Source: a virus. Taken from it: 64,000 nucleotides of DNA. Numbering within the stretch: position 1 is the stretch's first letter; every line of letters begins with the position of its first letter. Of this stretch, positions 27,330 to 37,333 are shown one piece after another. The notes beneath the pieces are model-generated. The model searched no databases and was not told the DNA's origin. It was given only the letters and a program-made list of their open reading frames with translations. Where the stretch lies: positions 1 through 64,000 of the IMG/VR virus record IMGVR_UViG_3300044697_000029; one strand, 5' to 3'. The position numbers were made by a program, and so were the translations under genes.

Positions 27330-29129
27330 TTACTCGGTCACCCACTCGGGCATCTGTGGCGTGGCGGGTTCGGCGCCGATAGGTGAACTGTACCGGCCAT
27401 TGATAGCATCGAAATCCAGCGTCGCCTTCGCGCCGCGCGTTCCGAAGCGGCGATAGCGAGCTTTCCATAAGTGCAGATCAACGCTGCCGGGTTGTGGCGA
27501 ATGCACCGTCAATCCCAGGTCCGGTTTGTTAAACCAGTGAGCTGAACCGCTGATGTCATATGGGCCAGGAAAGGCGCGCGTCTCTCCCGGTTTCAACGGT
27601 TGCGGCTTCGCGGGATGGCAGATCATCCATACGTTGCAGCCATGTCGCAGACCGAACGCTCGAAGCCGTTGTAATGCGCGACCAGTGTAATCAGTCTCGC
27701 TCAACGTGCCGCGCTGGTGGTCGATCTCGTTCCACGGGTCGATCACCAGATCGGTCGTGCCATCGCGGAGCACCGTGGCAGCCGCACGGTCAAGTATCCA
27801 ATCCAGCGTCGGCGAATCGTCTTCCGCGTCGCATACCAGCATGGTCACGCGAGAGGACAACCATTGCTCGGCTTCGACAACTTCCTCGTCCGACATGCTT
27901 TCGATAGCGCGGCTCGGCCAGAACGACTTACCCGAATAGACTTCGGCGCATTCCGCAACGAATTGCTCCCACGGCTGCATCTCTGGGCTGAAGACGCCCC
28001 ATTTTCTTCCGCAATCGGATGCCGTGCGCACCATGACAAAGCGCATCCAGGAAGTTTTCCCAGAGCCAGGATACCCGGTAACGACGACGAGTCGGCCTTC
28101 GGTGGGAAGATGGATCACGGCATCAGTTGCCCGAGCGCCAGTCGTCATTGTTGTCGGCGCAGGCTGCTGGCGCAGCCCCAGAAGCGTGCCGACCTTGATC
28201 CGCTGCAGCCCGCTGATCGGATACGGCTGCGCGTCTGCCACAGCCTGGGTGACGGCCTCGGGACCGTGTACGCGCAGCACGTCGCAGGCATCCTTGCAGC
28301 CATCAGGCCATGTCACAAGCCAACAGCGATGCCGTCCGAGCCGACGTGCCAGTTCCTCCCGCAGCGCCAAGCCTGGTTTGTCAGCATCCCCCGCCAACAC
28401 GACGCGCTTTGCTTTTCCGAGCAGATCACCATGCGTGCGCAGCGCCTCGAACCGCTTGTCGTCAGGTCGAAATGTCGCTTCTGACGGCGCGCCGTCTGGC
28501 AGTGTGACAGCATGCCGGATGCCGCACTCGAACATTGCCATCACGTCCGGTTCACCTTCAACCCAAACGATCTCGGCGGGATCGCCGCCAAGCCGATCGA
28601 CATTGAACAGCGACCGCAGCGCGTCCTTTTCCTGCATCTGCGGGGTTTTGTCCGGGTGTGGACGGTACTTCCGGTTCACTACCTCTCCGGCCAAAATGTA
28701 GGGAAAAACGATCGCCTGTTTTTCCCCAAGCGACTCGAACTGACGGATCGCTGCATAGCACCCGAATTCGTGGACGGTCCGCGCGCCGATGTGCCGCTCG
28801 GCAAAGAATTCGTATAGCCAATCCGGCCGATTGCTGACGATGGCTGGCGCGTGGGGTTTGGGCTTCTGCACCGCTCGTTCCCGCAGTGGCAGGGCTGCGT
28901 AGTCCCTCACGCGCTGTCCCCCAGACCACCCGCAGGAACCGCGGTGACAGGTCCAAACTGCACCCTGGCCGTCCTGGTCGATCGTGACAGTCAGCGAGAT
29001 TTCCTTGGTTCGCCCCCCTTCGCATCGCGGACAGATGACTTGGCACGATCGGCCCGGCGTGATTGTCTTCGGCCGAATGCGGTGATCGGCGAAGATTGCC
29101 ATCAGGCTGTCTGGCGCGGACTGGACCAT
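27330..29129 (-). CDS. Bifunctional DNA primase-helicase (T7 gp4/Twinkle-like)
   Basis: Zn finger CPRC..CHRGSC, TOPRIM VEGEPD/DAD/KDA, Walker A GYPGSGKT, IDPWN, YDISGSAHW. Confidence 0.92.
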   Translation of the reverse strand: MVQSAPDSLMAIFADHRIRPKTITPGRSCQVICPRCEGGRTKEISLTVTIDQDGQGAVWTCHRGSCGWSGGQRVRDYAALPLRERAVQKPKPHAPAIVSNRPDWLYEFFAERHIGARTVHEFGCYAAIRQFESLGEKQAIVFPYILAGEVVNRKYRPHPDKTPQMQEKDALRSLFNVDRLGGDPAEIVWVEGEPDVMAMFECGIRHAVTLPDGAPSEATFRPDDKRFEALRTHGDLLGKAKRVVLAGDADKPGLALREELARRLGRHRCWLVTWPDGCKDACDVLRVHGPEAVTQAVADAQPYPISGLQRIKVGTLLGLRQQPAPTTMTTGARATDAVIHLPTEGRLVVVTGYPGSGKTSWMRFVMVRTASDCGRKWGVFSPEMQPWEQFVAECAEVYSGKSFWPSRAIESMSDEEVVEAEQWLSSRVTMLVCDAEDDSPTLDWILDRAAATVLRDGTTDLVIDPWNEIDHQRGTLSETDYTGRALQRLRAFGLRHGCNVWMICHPAKPQPLKPGETRAFPGPYDISGSAHWFNKPDLGLTVHSPQPGSVDLHLWKARYRRFGTRGAKATLDFDAINGRYSSPIGAEPATPQMPEWVTE

Positions 29130-29953
29130 CAGAAGTTCCACCCAGGAAGCTCTGCGCCGCTCGATGGGTCACGCGGAACTGGCGCCTTGGGAGCGATCGA
29201 GCCGCCGCCGTTTCCTTTGGTCTGCTCATTGCGACACCAGTTCCGCCACGTGGCGAACCAGTCGGTTTTTCGCCCTTTCAGGCCGGGCTGCGCCGCCCAA
29301 TAATCGCGAAACTTGTCGAAGGTGACGACCGGGTCAAGGCCGAGGCTACGGGCAAACTGCGCGCCTTCGTGGCCTGGGTTCCATTCCTCGGGCAGCCGGA
29401 AGCCTTTTGCGTTCTCGCGTGCGCGCGCGTCTCGACTCTCGTTATCTCGTATCTCTGTATCTCGTATCTCGATTCTGTCTTTAGGGGAGGGGTTAACCCC
29501 CCCCTTTAAGGGGTTTGCGTCACAAGTCGTTTCTGGTTGGTTATCCCTACCTGTAGATTCTACGTTATCCCTTTCTTGGTTGCCTTCCCTCATAAGGGTT
29601 GGATTGCCGCCGCGCAGTCCGTTGTTTCTTCCGGTCTCACGCGCCTCGTTGTCGCGCACCATACGCCTGCACCAGATCACTCCGTCTGCGGTCCGACTGA
29701 AAACGCCATTATCTTCCAGTTCATCTATGAGTTCCGTAACCTCTTTCTCGGTTGTATTTCCCACAAGTGCCGCGATCTGTTTGGGCGTTGGGGATTTGCC
29801 GCGCACGGTCAGATGCCCGTACGGCAAGCAACCGTGCATGATGGCGAGTAGCTCGGCCCAAAGACCACGCGCCGCAAGGCTACACAATCTAAGCCCTTCG
29901 TCATTGCGCCATTTATCGAAGCGCCACTTCACCCACGGCTGCGCGGCGGTCAT
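29129..29953 (-). CDS. Phage replication initiator (O-like) with DnaT-like C-terminus
   Basis: LCSLAARGLW...RRMVRD; FRDYW...DWFATWRNW; upstream of the helicase. Confidence 0.8.
   Translation of the reverse strand: MTAAQPWVKWRFDKWRNDEGLRLCSLAARGLWAELLAIMHGCLPYGHLTVRGKSPTPKQIAALVGNTTEKEVTELIDELEDNGVFSRTADGVIWCRRMVRDNEARETGRNNGLRGGNPTLMREGNQERDNVESTGRDNQPETTCDANPLKGGVNPSPKDRIEIRDTEIRDNESRDARARENAKGFRLPEEWNPGHEGAQFARSLGLDPVVTFDKFRDYWAAQPGLKGRKTDWFATWRNWCRNEQTKGNGGGSIAPKAPVPRDPSSGAELPGWNF
29441..29570. promoter_or_regulatory. Candidate replication origin inside the initiator gene
   Basis: Four TATCTC copies, palindrome GGGGTTAACCCC (29489-29500), CCCCTTTAAGGGG, two GTTATCCC. Confidence 0.5.
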
Positions 29954-30435
29954 CTTGTGGCGCCCGTATCAGGGTCAAATACCACGCCCCAAGCCCATAC
30001 ATGCGGCCATTCGGCGCGGAGATCGGCCAGCTTCGGATCGTTCGCGTCGCACACGAGGTGATAGTCCAGGTGCGCGATGAATTTAATCTGATGCCGCAGC
30101 AGTTCGGCCGACGATTTGGCTTGGCGCACGATGGCAAACGGGCTGTCGATCTCTGGCTTGACTTCGAAGGCCGACACGAACCGCAGCAGGTTCACGTCAA
30201 GGACTTCGATGGCATCAACGAAGCTGACGACTTGGCCTCGTTTGGTCAGCGGGTATTCTGCTTCCACCTCACGGTTGATAACCGCATTAGCCGGCAGGCC
30301 AGCGATTGACCTGGCGCGGAGGAATGCCAGCAGTTCGGCTTGCATCTTGTCGTGGCGCCAGGATGACTTGCCGCGTCCGCGGTCCTCGTGGAACTTGCTT
30401 GGAGGCTTTGGAAGGAACGGCTCGTCACCGATCAT
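29950..30435 (-). CDS. Hypothetical protein with PD-(D/E)XK-like motif
   Basis: EAEY...FVDA...AFEVKP; ATGA coupling. Confidence 0.6.
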   Translation of the reverse strand: MIGDEPFLPKPPSKFHEDRGRGKSSWRHDKMQAELLAFLRARSIAGLPANAVINREVEAEYPLTKRGQVVSFVDAIEVLDVNLLRFVSAFEVKPEIDSPFAIVRQAKSSAELLRHQIKFIAHLDYHLVCDANDPKLADLRAEWPHVWAWGVVFDPDTGATR

Positions 30436-30938
30436 CCCACCGCCTCCCCACCCGCTGCGGTGCCGCGCGCTTCGGCGATGGCAGCCATCTCGGAAGTTGC
30501 TGCCCTGGCGCCAAGGCAAGCCTGGGCGTATCGCTCGGGCGACGGATCATCGTCATGGTCGAAAGCGTCCCTGCAATCCGCCGGCGCGATCTGCTCCCCG
30601 TCCTCGCCAGTGATTCGGCTGATCTCATCCACGACCCTTGCGCGGAAATTCGCGGCCCTGTTGGCGAGGGCGGCTTGGGCCTGGGTGACCAGATGCTCGC
30701 TGATCGCCTCCAGTACCACGAATTTCGATCCGGGGCTCTGCGCCGCCAGCCATCGAGCCTCGCGCACGGCGTCGTTCATGGTGGCGTGCCGGAACATGTG
30801 GCCGTGCACTGGCCCGGCGCGACGCATGACGCGGACCGCCCACCACGGCGGGGATTTCGGTGCTTCGGGCGCGCGTTGGCCCCACGGACGCTCGCGGCGG
30901 TTGCCGTTGGTGGTTGATTTGTCGGGGTGGTCGGGCAT
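30432..30938 (-). CDS. Hypothetical protein (FRHAT..DAVREARWLA..PG.KFVVLEA)
   Basis: GGAGG RBS before ATG 30938. Confidence 0.65.
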   Translation of the reverse strand: MPDHPDKSTTNGNRRERPWGQRAPEAPKSPPWWAVRVMRRAGPVHGHMFRHATMNDAVREARWLAAQSPGSKFVVLEAISEHLVTQAQAALANRAANFRARVVDEISRITGEDGEQIAPADCRDAFDHDDDPSPERYAQACLGARAATSEMAAIAEARGTAAGGEAVG

Positions 30939-31304
30939 TGCGTCCTCCGATCTGTGGCCGGGGGGCTTGCAATGTCCGGGATAGTCCGCTACCTCAGAAT
31001 GGCAACGGACGATCTGGACCTGCACCGTCCTCCGGGCGGGTTCAACCAAGGGGCGCTTCCTGCAACGGACGGCGCCCTTTGTGTTTTCAGGTTGCTACCG
31101 TGTGACGGGGGCTGTCAAGGGGTTGTGAGGGCGCCCGGCGAGCCGTTGATAGGCGGTCGGCTTCCAACCGCCGCTCTCTCGGTCGCCCTTACAGCGCGCG
31201 CCTTGACAAGGTGAGCGCGCTGGTTGTCGCTCAAGGAAGGAGCGGTATTATCTAGCACCGACCACCACAAGATGCGCGCCGCCGCCCCGGCCATCGCCTA
31301 CCAT

Positions 31305-31748
31305 ATGTCGATGGCGCAACGCGACACGTTCCTCATCCTCGGCCTGCGCCGCAAGCGCGCCCGGCTGGCCGGGGAGATCGCCGCCGCCGAGCAACGGCTT
31401 GCCCCGGTCCGCGAGGCGCTGACCCAGGTCGATGCGCTGATTCGGCTGTTTGAGGGCAGCAACCCGGAACTGATCCCGCCGATCCGCCCCACCCCACGTT
31501 GCCTGTTCTTCCGGCATGGGGAGCAGCAACGGCTATGCGTCGCGGCGCTGCGGGAGGCTGGTAGGCCGCTGCCGACCCGGAAGGTTACGGATTACGTGAT
31601 GCTGGCCAAGGGACTGCCTAGCGGCAACGCGGCCGTCCGGGAGAAGGTGGCGCAGCAGACGCGGACGGCGCTGGTGCGGCTGGAGAAGCGCGGGAAGGTC
31701 CGACGGGTGGTGTGCGAGCCGGAGATGTGGTGGGAGTTGGTGGGGTAG
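31305..31748 (+). CDS. IS passenger, coiled-coil plus winged-HTH-like protein
   Basis: GLRRKRARLAGEI...FRHGE...ALREAGRPL. Confidence 0.75.
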   Translation: MSMAQRDTFLILGLRRKRARLAGEIAAAEQRLAPVREALTQVDALIRLFEGSNPELIPPIRPTPRCLFFRHGEQQRLCVAALREAGRPLPTRKVTDYVMLAKGLPSGNAAVREKVAQQTRTALVRLEKRGKVRRVVCEPEMWWELVG

Positions 31749-31880
31749 CAATGCGGCCTTTGAGGCCCGCTTCCGCGCGCCGCTTGACTCATCCAGTTAA
31801 ACGTGATAACAAACGGACTTCTAACTACCACTAAACACTCGCTAGGCTAAGTTATTGGATTTTAACTCTTTTGTAATCAT

Positions 31881-32387
31881 TTGACCTATAGGAGTTCTGG
31901 CTTGTGGCACAAACTCGTTGTGGGATGGGGTATTGACAATGACGACGCGGCAACGAAAGAGTTTCCACAGGAAACGTCTTGGCAGCTCCGCCCAATGCCA
32001 CGTGCCGCAGAAGTCACCCTGACCGGCCGACAGGTTGTCCTACTCAAGGTCATCGACCGTGGGGTGCAATTGTCGCTCGCAATCGTGAAGGCGCTCACCG
32101 TGCTAGGGCTTGGATACCTCGCTAAAGAGGCGGTCTTGGGCTTGGCTGGACATAACACGAGCATCTTGATGAGTTTCTTGACGAGCACCGGAAGCGGGGG
32201 GACCGCGGTAGCCGGAGTTGGAGTAGGGGGTCTTGGCGCTGGCTACGGGGTGTGGCAGCGGCGGCTGCACCGTCGCTCCATAAGGCACTTTGGCCCGCGC
32301 TTGGCCAAGTACGAAAGTATGCTCGATCCGAACCGAACTTCGAGTGGCCTGACCGAATTCGGCCAAACGAATCCGGACCAAGAGTAG
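31881..32387 (+). CDS. IS passenger, membrane protein (start uncertain)
   Basis: Two hydrophobic segments; LDPNRTSSGLT C-terminus. Confidence 0.65.
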   Translation: MTYRSSGLWHKLVVGWGIDNDDAATKEFPQETSWQLRPMPRAAEVTLTGRQVVLLKVIDRGVQLSLAIVKALTVLGLGYLAKEAVLGLAGHNTSILMSFLTSTGSGGTAVAGVGVGGLGAGYGVWQRRLHRRSIRHFGPRLAKYESMLDPNRTSSGLTEFGQTNPDQE

Positions 32388-32394
32388 GAGTATT

Positions 32395-32973
32395 GTGATG
32401 GAACAGGCAGGCGGCGCCGTGTTTATGGTCCTGGTGATCGTATTCGTGGTCTGGTTTTATGGTCCTTGGCAATCGCTGTGCGTTGATTGGGGTCGCGAAC
32501 GCATGTTCGAGGCTCGTAATGCCATCTTTGATATGGCTGCGGACGGTCGCCTTAGTTTTGGTTCGCCAGAGTACCGCGAAATCCGACGAAAGATCGAAAG
32601 CAGCATCGCATTTGCCCACCGTATCTCGTGGCCATCGTTAGTGCTTCTGTATCTCGGCGTTCGTAGGTTTGAGATCAAGAAGCCACGCTCTATAGTTGAT
32701 CTCCTGGCAGCGATTCCTGATGACGGAGTTCGCCGAGAGGTGCAGCAGCACACTGATGCAGTCACCTGGACGATCGTGCGCATGATCGTATTCCGGTCCA
32801 CGATATTCCTCGCAATTTATATGATGACGTGGGTGCTTTGGAAGTGTGGTGCGCCGGTCTATTGGTGGTGCAAGGGGCGCGCACAGGAGATAGCTGAGGC
32901 AATCCAGGACGATGCACTGGCAGTGGATGACGGCGCCGCCGTCCTACGAAGGCGTTATCATCTGTCGGTCTAG
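32395..32973 (+). CDS. IS passenger, membrane protein
   Basis: AGGAG RBS; about three TM segments. Confidence 0.7.
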   Translation: MMEQAGGAVFMVLVIVFVVWFYGPWQSLCVDWGRERMFEARNAIFDMAADGRLSFGSPEYREIRRKIESSIAFAHRISWPSLVLLYLGVRRFEIKKPRSIVDLLAAIPDDGVRREVQQHTDAVTWTIVRMIVFRSTIFLAIYMMTWVLWKCGAPVYWWCKGRAQEIAEAIQDDALAVDDGAAVLRRRYHLSV

Positions 32974-33953
32974 CCGCACTGCGCCCGCTGCCAGTACCCG
33001 CACCAGTCCACCGAGGTAGGCGCCCGCATGGCCAGCCCGGACACGGCGATGACCTGGTGCCCGTTGTCCACCCGCCGATGATCCTCGCGCCAAGCCGACT
33101 CCTGCGCATACCGAACCAAGTAGGGGCCGGCGACGTGGTGATGATGGCCGATTTCGCCCCGGCGCGTGCGGGAGAAGAAGGACTCTGCGCCGTTGGTGTA
33201 CACGCCGGCGCCCGTGCTGTACAACTGCTCATGGTTGATCCGGTGCACGTCGTAGCGGGCGTGTAGATCGTTCCATGACCCGGCTTCGTCGGCCATCAGC
33301 CGGGTGCCCTTGGCGACGCTGCGGCTGATCCAGCCCAGCGCAGCCGACTCGGACTTGAACACGGCCGGCAGCGTGGAACCGCCGCGCTCGCGGACCACCA
33401 CAACCACCTTGCGCTTGCCGTTCTGGTTCTTGCCGAGCCGGCGGTCCCGGCGGTTCTCCTTGTGGTTCGCTGGCTTGATGTAGCCGCCGAAGTACGCGCC
33501 GTCAGTCTCGACCGTCTCGCCCTCGCCCCCCAGCTTCATCCCCTTCAACTCGGACGCCATCGCCTCGCGGATTTTGTGCGCCAGAACGAAGCTGGTCATG
33601 TAGGCCACGCCGAGATCGCGGGACAGCGCCAGTGCGGACTTGCCCTTGACCTCGTTGATGAAGATGGCGATCGCCGCGAGGTAGGCGCGCAGCGGCAGCT
33701 TGTGGAACGCGAACAACGTGCCGGACGTGATGGAGAAATCCTTGCGGCACGCCTTGCATCGCCACCGGGCCGAAGCGCCCTTGCGGCAGTCATAGATGGT
33801 CTCGCAGCCGCAGTGCGGGCAGACCGGCTTTCCCTTCGTGGCAGCCCAGCGAACCGACATGAAGGCCGACTCGGCTTCCTCATCCGTCATCCGCATGACA
33901 GCCGCCAGAGAAAGGGTCTTGGCGCGGGAGGAAAGGAGGAAGTGCTGGGGCAT
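32970..33953 (-). CDS. IS1595-family (ISXO2-like) DDE transposase
   Basis: Zn ribbon CPHC/CKAC, VETDGAYFGG, LMADE, TNGAESFFS. Confidence 0.95.
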   Translation of the reverse strand: MPQHFLLSSRAKTLSLAAVMRMTDEEAESAFMSVRWAATKGKPVCPHCGCETIYDCRKGASARWRCKACRKDFSITSGTLFAFHKLPLRAYLAAIAIFINEVKGKSALALSRDLGVAYMTSFVLAHKIREAMASELKGMKLGGEGETVETDGAYFGGYIKPANHKENRRDRRLGKNQNGKRKVVVVVRERGGSTLPAVFKSESAALGWISRSVAKGTRLMADEAGSWNDLHARYDVHRINHEQLYSTGAGVYTNGAESFFSRTRRGEIGHHHHVAGPYLVRYAQESAWREDHRRVDNGHQVIAVSGLAMRAPTSVDWCGYWQRAQCG

Positions 33954-34063
33954 TGGGATCGTATCCGCTTTGAACAAAGCGAATATGATCTGATCCGAGC
34001 GACTTGTCAATCAGAAAAGATCGTATATGATCGGTTCCAGTCGATTTTGCTCGGGAGAAAGCG

Positions 34064-34306
34064 ATGCCCCTATCAGCCAAGGAACAGGAATGGGCGGACA
34101 AGGCTCGGCGCTTCCTCAAGGCGGAGTTGAAGCGGGCGGATGTGACCTATGCCGAGCTTGCCCGGCGGTTGAATGAGCATGGGCTGGAAGGGGAGACCGA
34201 GGCGTCGGTCAACAGCAAACTGGTCCGTGGCACGTTCTCTCTGACATGGTTCCTGGTCGTGCTGACCGTGCTAGGGATCGCGGCAGTGACACTCGCGGAC
34301 CTCTAG
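34064..34306 (+). CDS. DUF6471-like HTH regulator, divergent from the transposase
   Basis: LKAELKRADVTYAELARRL...KLVRGTFS. Confidence 0.8.
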   Translation: MPLSAKEQEWADKARRFLKAELKRADVTYAELARRLNEHGLEGETEASVNSKLVRGTFSLTWFLVVLTVLGIAAVTLADL

Positions 34307-34908
34307 TCCAGCCTATTGAGGCCCGGCGGCAGGGTGTCCTTGATCCAAAATGTCCAACTGCGCCCAGCCTTGTCATCCAAATGAAGCCGCACGGGGTTTG
34401 AGTTCCCCAGGACTTCGACCACGCGCATGAGCGAGGGATCATCCCTGCCGCTGACGACAATACCATCACCAATCAAGTTGGCTTCATCAATGGGTTGAAC
34501 GTCTGCCCAGCCAGCATTTCGAAATGCAGCCTCAAGGTCATTCGCATATTTGCAGGATTCTGCTCTACCGATCTGCACAGTAATACGAATAGGTCGCGGC
34601 GGCCGATCGGCGGTTTCTCGGACCCCCTCAAGGAAGGTCTTCACGGAGTCAAAATCCATTTTCATGGAGCATGCGCCCGCCACCGCAGATTCGTTTGGCG
34701 AGGATTGAAGTGCGTAACAGCAGTAAGCCGCAGCAAGCACCGCGACGCCAGTCGGCAACCACCGGAAGGCCGGTTTGCGGAATCCGGGCTGCGGCTCATG
34801 CATGCCGGCGCGCTCCGACCGCTCCTTGAACCACTTGTCCAAGTCTGTGAGCGCGCTGATGATGGTCGCCGTGGCCGCGATATAGGTGGCGATCTCGGGT
34901 CCACTCAT
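34303..34908 (-). CDS. IS passenger, membrane-anchored hypothetical protein
   Basis: TM segment; YANDLEAAFRNAGW. Confidence 0.6.
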   Translation of the reverse strand: MSGPEIATYIAATATIISALTDLDKWFKERSERAGMHEPQPGFRKPAFRWLPTGVAVLAAAYCCYALQSSPNESAVAGACSMKMDFDSVKTFLEGVRETADRPPRPIRITVQIGRAESCKYANDLEAAFRNAGWADVQPIDEANLIGDGIVVSGRDDPSLMRVVEVLGNSNPVRLHLDDKAGRSWTFWIKDTLPPGLNRLD

Positions 34909-35398
34909 TCGCCCACCCTACCCGGACTCCGAAACGCCCGGATAGTGTCTGCACCGCCCGTCTCTCTGTTTGCTGGGCCACCTTTCACCTACCGGCCGAG
35001 GTAGGTGGGGTTTGTTCGCTCCCCGTTCTTGTGGTGGTTGCTTGATAATACCGGGAAGGAGATAAAAGGCTCAGCGCGCGGATTTTTTTGACGACTTGGA
35101 CCCGCGTAACGGGCGCCCCGGCGAGTTCGTTGATAGGCGCCACCATCGCTTTTGGCTTCACGCCACCCTGGCGGAGTTCCCGTAGAAGCCGCTTCCGCTC
35201 GGGCGTCCATCGCGCGCCTTCCGCCAGCGCCGATGGGGGGTCATTCTTTGGCGCCCCCCTCACGAAATCGAGTGCCTCCGCCGCCTTTGAGACATCCCAA
35301 CCGACGCCCGAGAGCACCAGAAGCCGCAGCCGTTCATCGTTGGTCAACTCAATACCGTCCATTTGCGTGTTTTCCTTTCCGGGGGTTGTCACTTCGCC

Positions 35399-35815
35399 TC
35401 ACTGTCCGCCCTGAGCTAACCCCAAATACTCCGCCGCCGCATGCAGCCGCCTGTCCAGTTCCAGCATCGCCGCGTCGATCTCGCCAGCGTGTCGTTGGGC
35501 CTCGGGGTCGTCCCGCATGGAGTGCAGCCGCTTCTGCGCTGCGAGGGCGTCGCGCATGACCGCGTGCCAAGAATCGTCCGCGCCTGGCGCTACGGGGACG
35601 GGCATCGGGCGCGCCTTTGGTGCTGCGTTCCTGGACATCTGCGACACACAAGCGGGGCACGGTCGGATGTAGGGATCGTATCCGGCGTCGCGACAAATGT
35701 GGTCCATCGATCCACCCTCCGCCCGCGCAGCGCGCGCCTTCGCTTCGTCGCCGGGGGCTTCGGACCTGACCTCCCATCCGTTGCCGCGGTCCATTTCGAT
35801 GCGAATGTGTGCCAT
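35399..35815 (-). CDS. Hypothetical early protein
   Basis: GGAG RBS. Confidence 0.55.
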   Translation of the reverse strand: MAHIRIEMDRGNGWEVRSEAPGDEAKARAARAEGGSMDHICRDAGYDPYIRPCPACVSQMSRNAAPKARPMPVPVAPGADDSWHAVMRDALAAQKRLHSMRDDPEAQRHAGEIDAAMLELDRRLHAAAEYLGLAQGGQ

Positions 35816-36040
35816 CTGTCGGTCTCCGTATAGGCGGCGCGGCTTCTAACGCTGCCACCCTGAATATGATGAAAGCTGGTGCCACTTCAGTTGGCCCGCG
35901 TCGTCCAGGCTAGAAAAAAGCCGCAGATTTTCCGAAACCGGATTAGTCCTGAGCGCGGCGATAATCGCATCTACCGTCTGCGCTCGAATATCATCCGGAC
36001 CGCCAACAACGAAAATGCAAACCTTGTCCATGTCGGGTCC

Positions 36041-36316
36041 TCACGCCGCCACGCATGAAAGAGCACCCTTGCCGTGGTTCTTGCCCCCGCACGAGCATTC
36101 GCACTGCATCGTGCGGCCAGTGGCATACATGCAGCGAGCATCGCACTTGTGGAGGCTGGGGTTGCTCTTGCGCTCGATGATTCGCGTCACACGGACCCAT
36201 CCTCCTTCGATATAAATGCGCGGCATTTTCTGATGACCCTGATCCCAGTCGCAGCGATCAATGCTCGTTGCTACGTCGCCGTTCGGTAGGTCTGCCAAGT
36301 AGAGCATTTTCGCCAC
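36041..36316 (-). CDS. Cys-rich early protein (CDARC...CECSCGGKNHG)
   Basis: Strong RBS GGAGAAGGAG; metal-binding motif. Confidence 0.7.
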   Translation of the reverse strand: MAKMLYLADLPNGDVATSIDRCDWDQGHQKMPRIYIEGGWVRVTRIIERKSNPSLHKCDARCMYATGRTMQCECSCGGKNHGKGALSCVAA

Positions 36317-36359
36317 TCGCCCTCTCCTTCTCCGGCCGTCCATCGGCCGTGTGGTGTGC

Positions 36360-36680
36360 TTATCGGCCGGTCTCGGCCTCGACTTCGATCGACAAATCGT
36401 CGCCGCCCCATCCTGTGTAGCCGTACGGGAGATCATCGGCGGCGGAGGCGGCGGCGATCCCGATCGCGTCGCGAGTGATGGCGTCAAAGCGGCGCTGCGT
36501 CGCTGGGTTGAGATCGCCATTGGCGTCGGTCGAGAGGTCCAAGTCGAAGGGCAGTTCGCCCATCAACGCGGCGGCGGTGTCCATCGCGAGGTCGGCTACT
36601 GCCGGCCATTTCTCGCGCCACTCCTGGCACTGATTCAGGCGCAGTTGCCCGATGACTCGCGTGCCGTAGGACTGATCCAT
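36360..36680 (-). CDS. Hypothetical early protein
   Basis: GGAGG RBS. Confidence 0.6.
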   Translation of the reverse strand: MDQSYGTRVIGQLRLNQCQEWREKWPAVADLAMDTAAALMGELPFDLDLSTDANGDLNPATQRRFDAITRDAIGIAAASAADDLPYGYTGWGGDDLSIEVEAETGR

Positions 36681-36683
36681 CGG

Positions 36684-36920
36684 TCAGCCCTCCCCGCGTG
36701 CATGGCGATCCCGCGCGGTCTCGCCCGCCGCATGACGGCCGGCGAAGCGGAAAATGCGGTCAATCTCCTCGCGCTGACCCGGGCGATCCGCGATCAACTT
36801 GTCTGCGGCGGCGAGCCGCTCAGCCATCGTTGATCCAGGAACCGTGCCCCGAACCGTCGCCATCAGGAATTCGTACCGTCTGTATTCCATCATCCGTCTC
36901 CTTTGGTGTGCGTGGCTCAT
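36684..36920 (-). CDS. Hypothetical early protein (start may be near 36893)
   Basis: AAGGAG RBS before an internal MME. Confidence 0.55.
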   Translation of the reverse strand: MSHAHQRRRMMEYRRYEFLMATVRGTVPGSTMAERLAAADKLIADRPGQREEIDRIFRFAGRHAAGETARDRHARGEG

Positions 36921-37333
36921 TCCGCCTCAATCAGCGCTACCTGACCATACCGGCGGAAGAAATCCTCCGCGAACGCCTCGGCGTCTTCGAGGCAGTCGAA
37001 GCGTCCGAGCGACGCGCTGCCCCAACACACCCAATATCCGCTACGAGCGCGACCGGCGCGCCGGAAAAGCCACGGGGCTGCTGCATTTGTTTCATTTGCG
37101 GGAGCCATTTGAATCAAGAAGTGCGTTATTTTTCCATCCACCGAATACGCCCAAGAGTCGGGACCGTACTTGAAGAAAGCGGCATCTTCTCCCGCCGATC
37201 TGTGGGCCACGTCAAATGCCTCAACCCCATAGTATTGGCCGACAAAGCGGCACAGAATTTCTTCATCGGCGCGCGAAAACAGCCGATAAAGAGTGTCGTG
37301 CCGCTGCTTAGTGCGTCCTGGATGATTGACCAT
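36917..37333 (-). CDS. Early protein with MVNHPGR N-terminus
   Basis: GGAG RBS; first gene after the promoter. Confidence 0.6.
   Translation of the reverse strand: MVNHPGRTKQRHDTLYRLFSRADEEILCRFVGQYYGVEAFDVAHRSAGEDAAFFKYGPDSWAYSVDGKITHFLIQMAPANETNAAAPWLFRRAGRARSGYWVCWGSASLGRFDCLEDAEAFAEDFFRRYGQVALIEAE

Larger units (their letters stand above)
31243..35053 (-). mobile_element. IS1595-family transporter IS (ISNha5-like) with passenger genes
   Basis: Inverted ends CGGTATTATC(T/A)AGCA...ACCACCACAAGA; perfect 8-bp TSD GGAAGGAG at 31235-31242 and 35054-35061; internal transposase. Confidence 0.93.
31115..35392 (-). pseudogene. GcrA-like HTH gene interrupted by the IS (5' part 35054-35392, 3' part 31115-31234)
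   Basis: WTPERKRLLREL motif; removing the IS and one TSD copy restores the frame for 39 more codons to TGA 31115. Confidence 0.7.
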
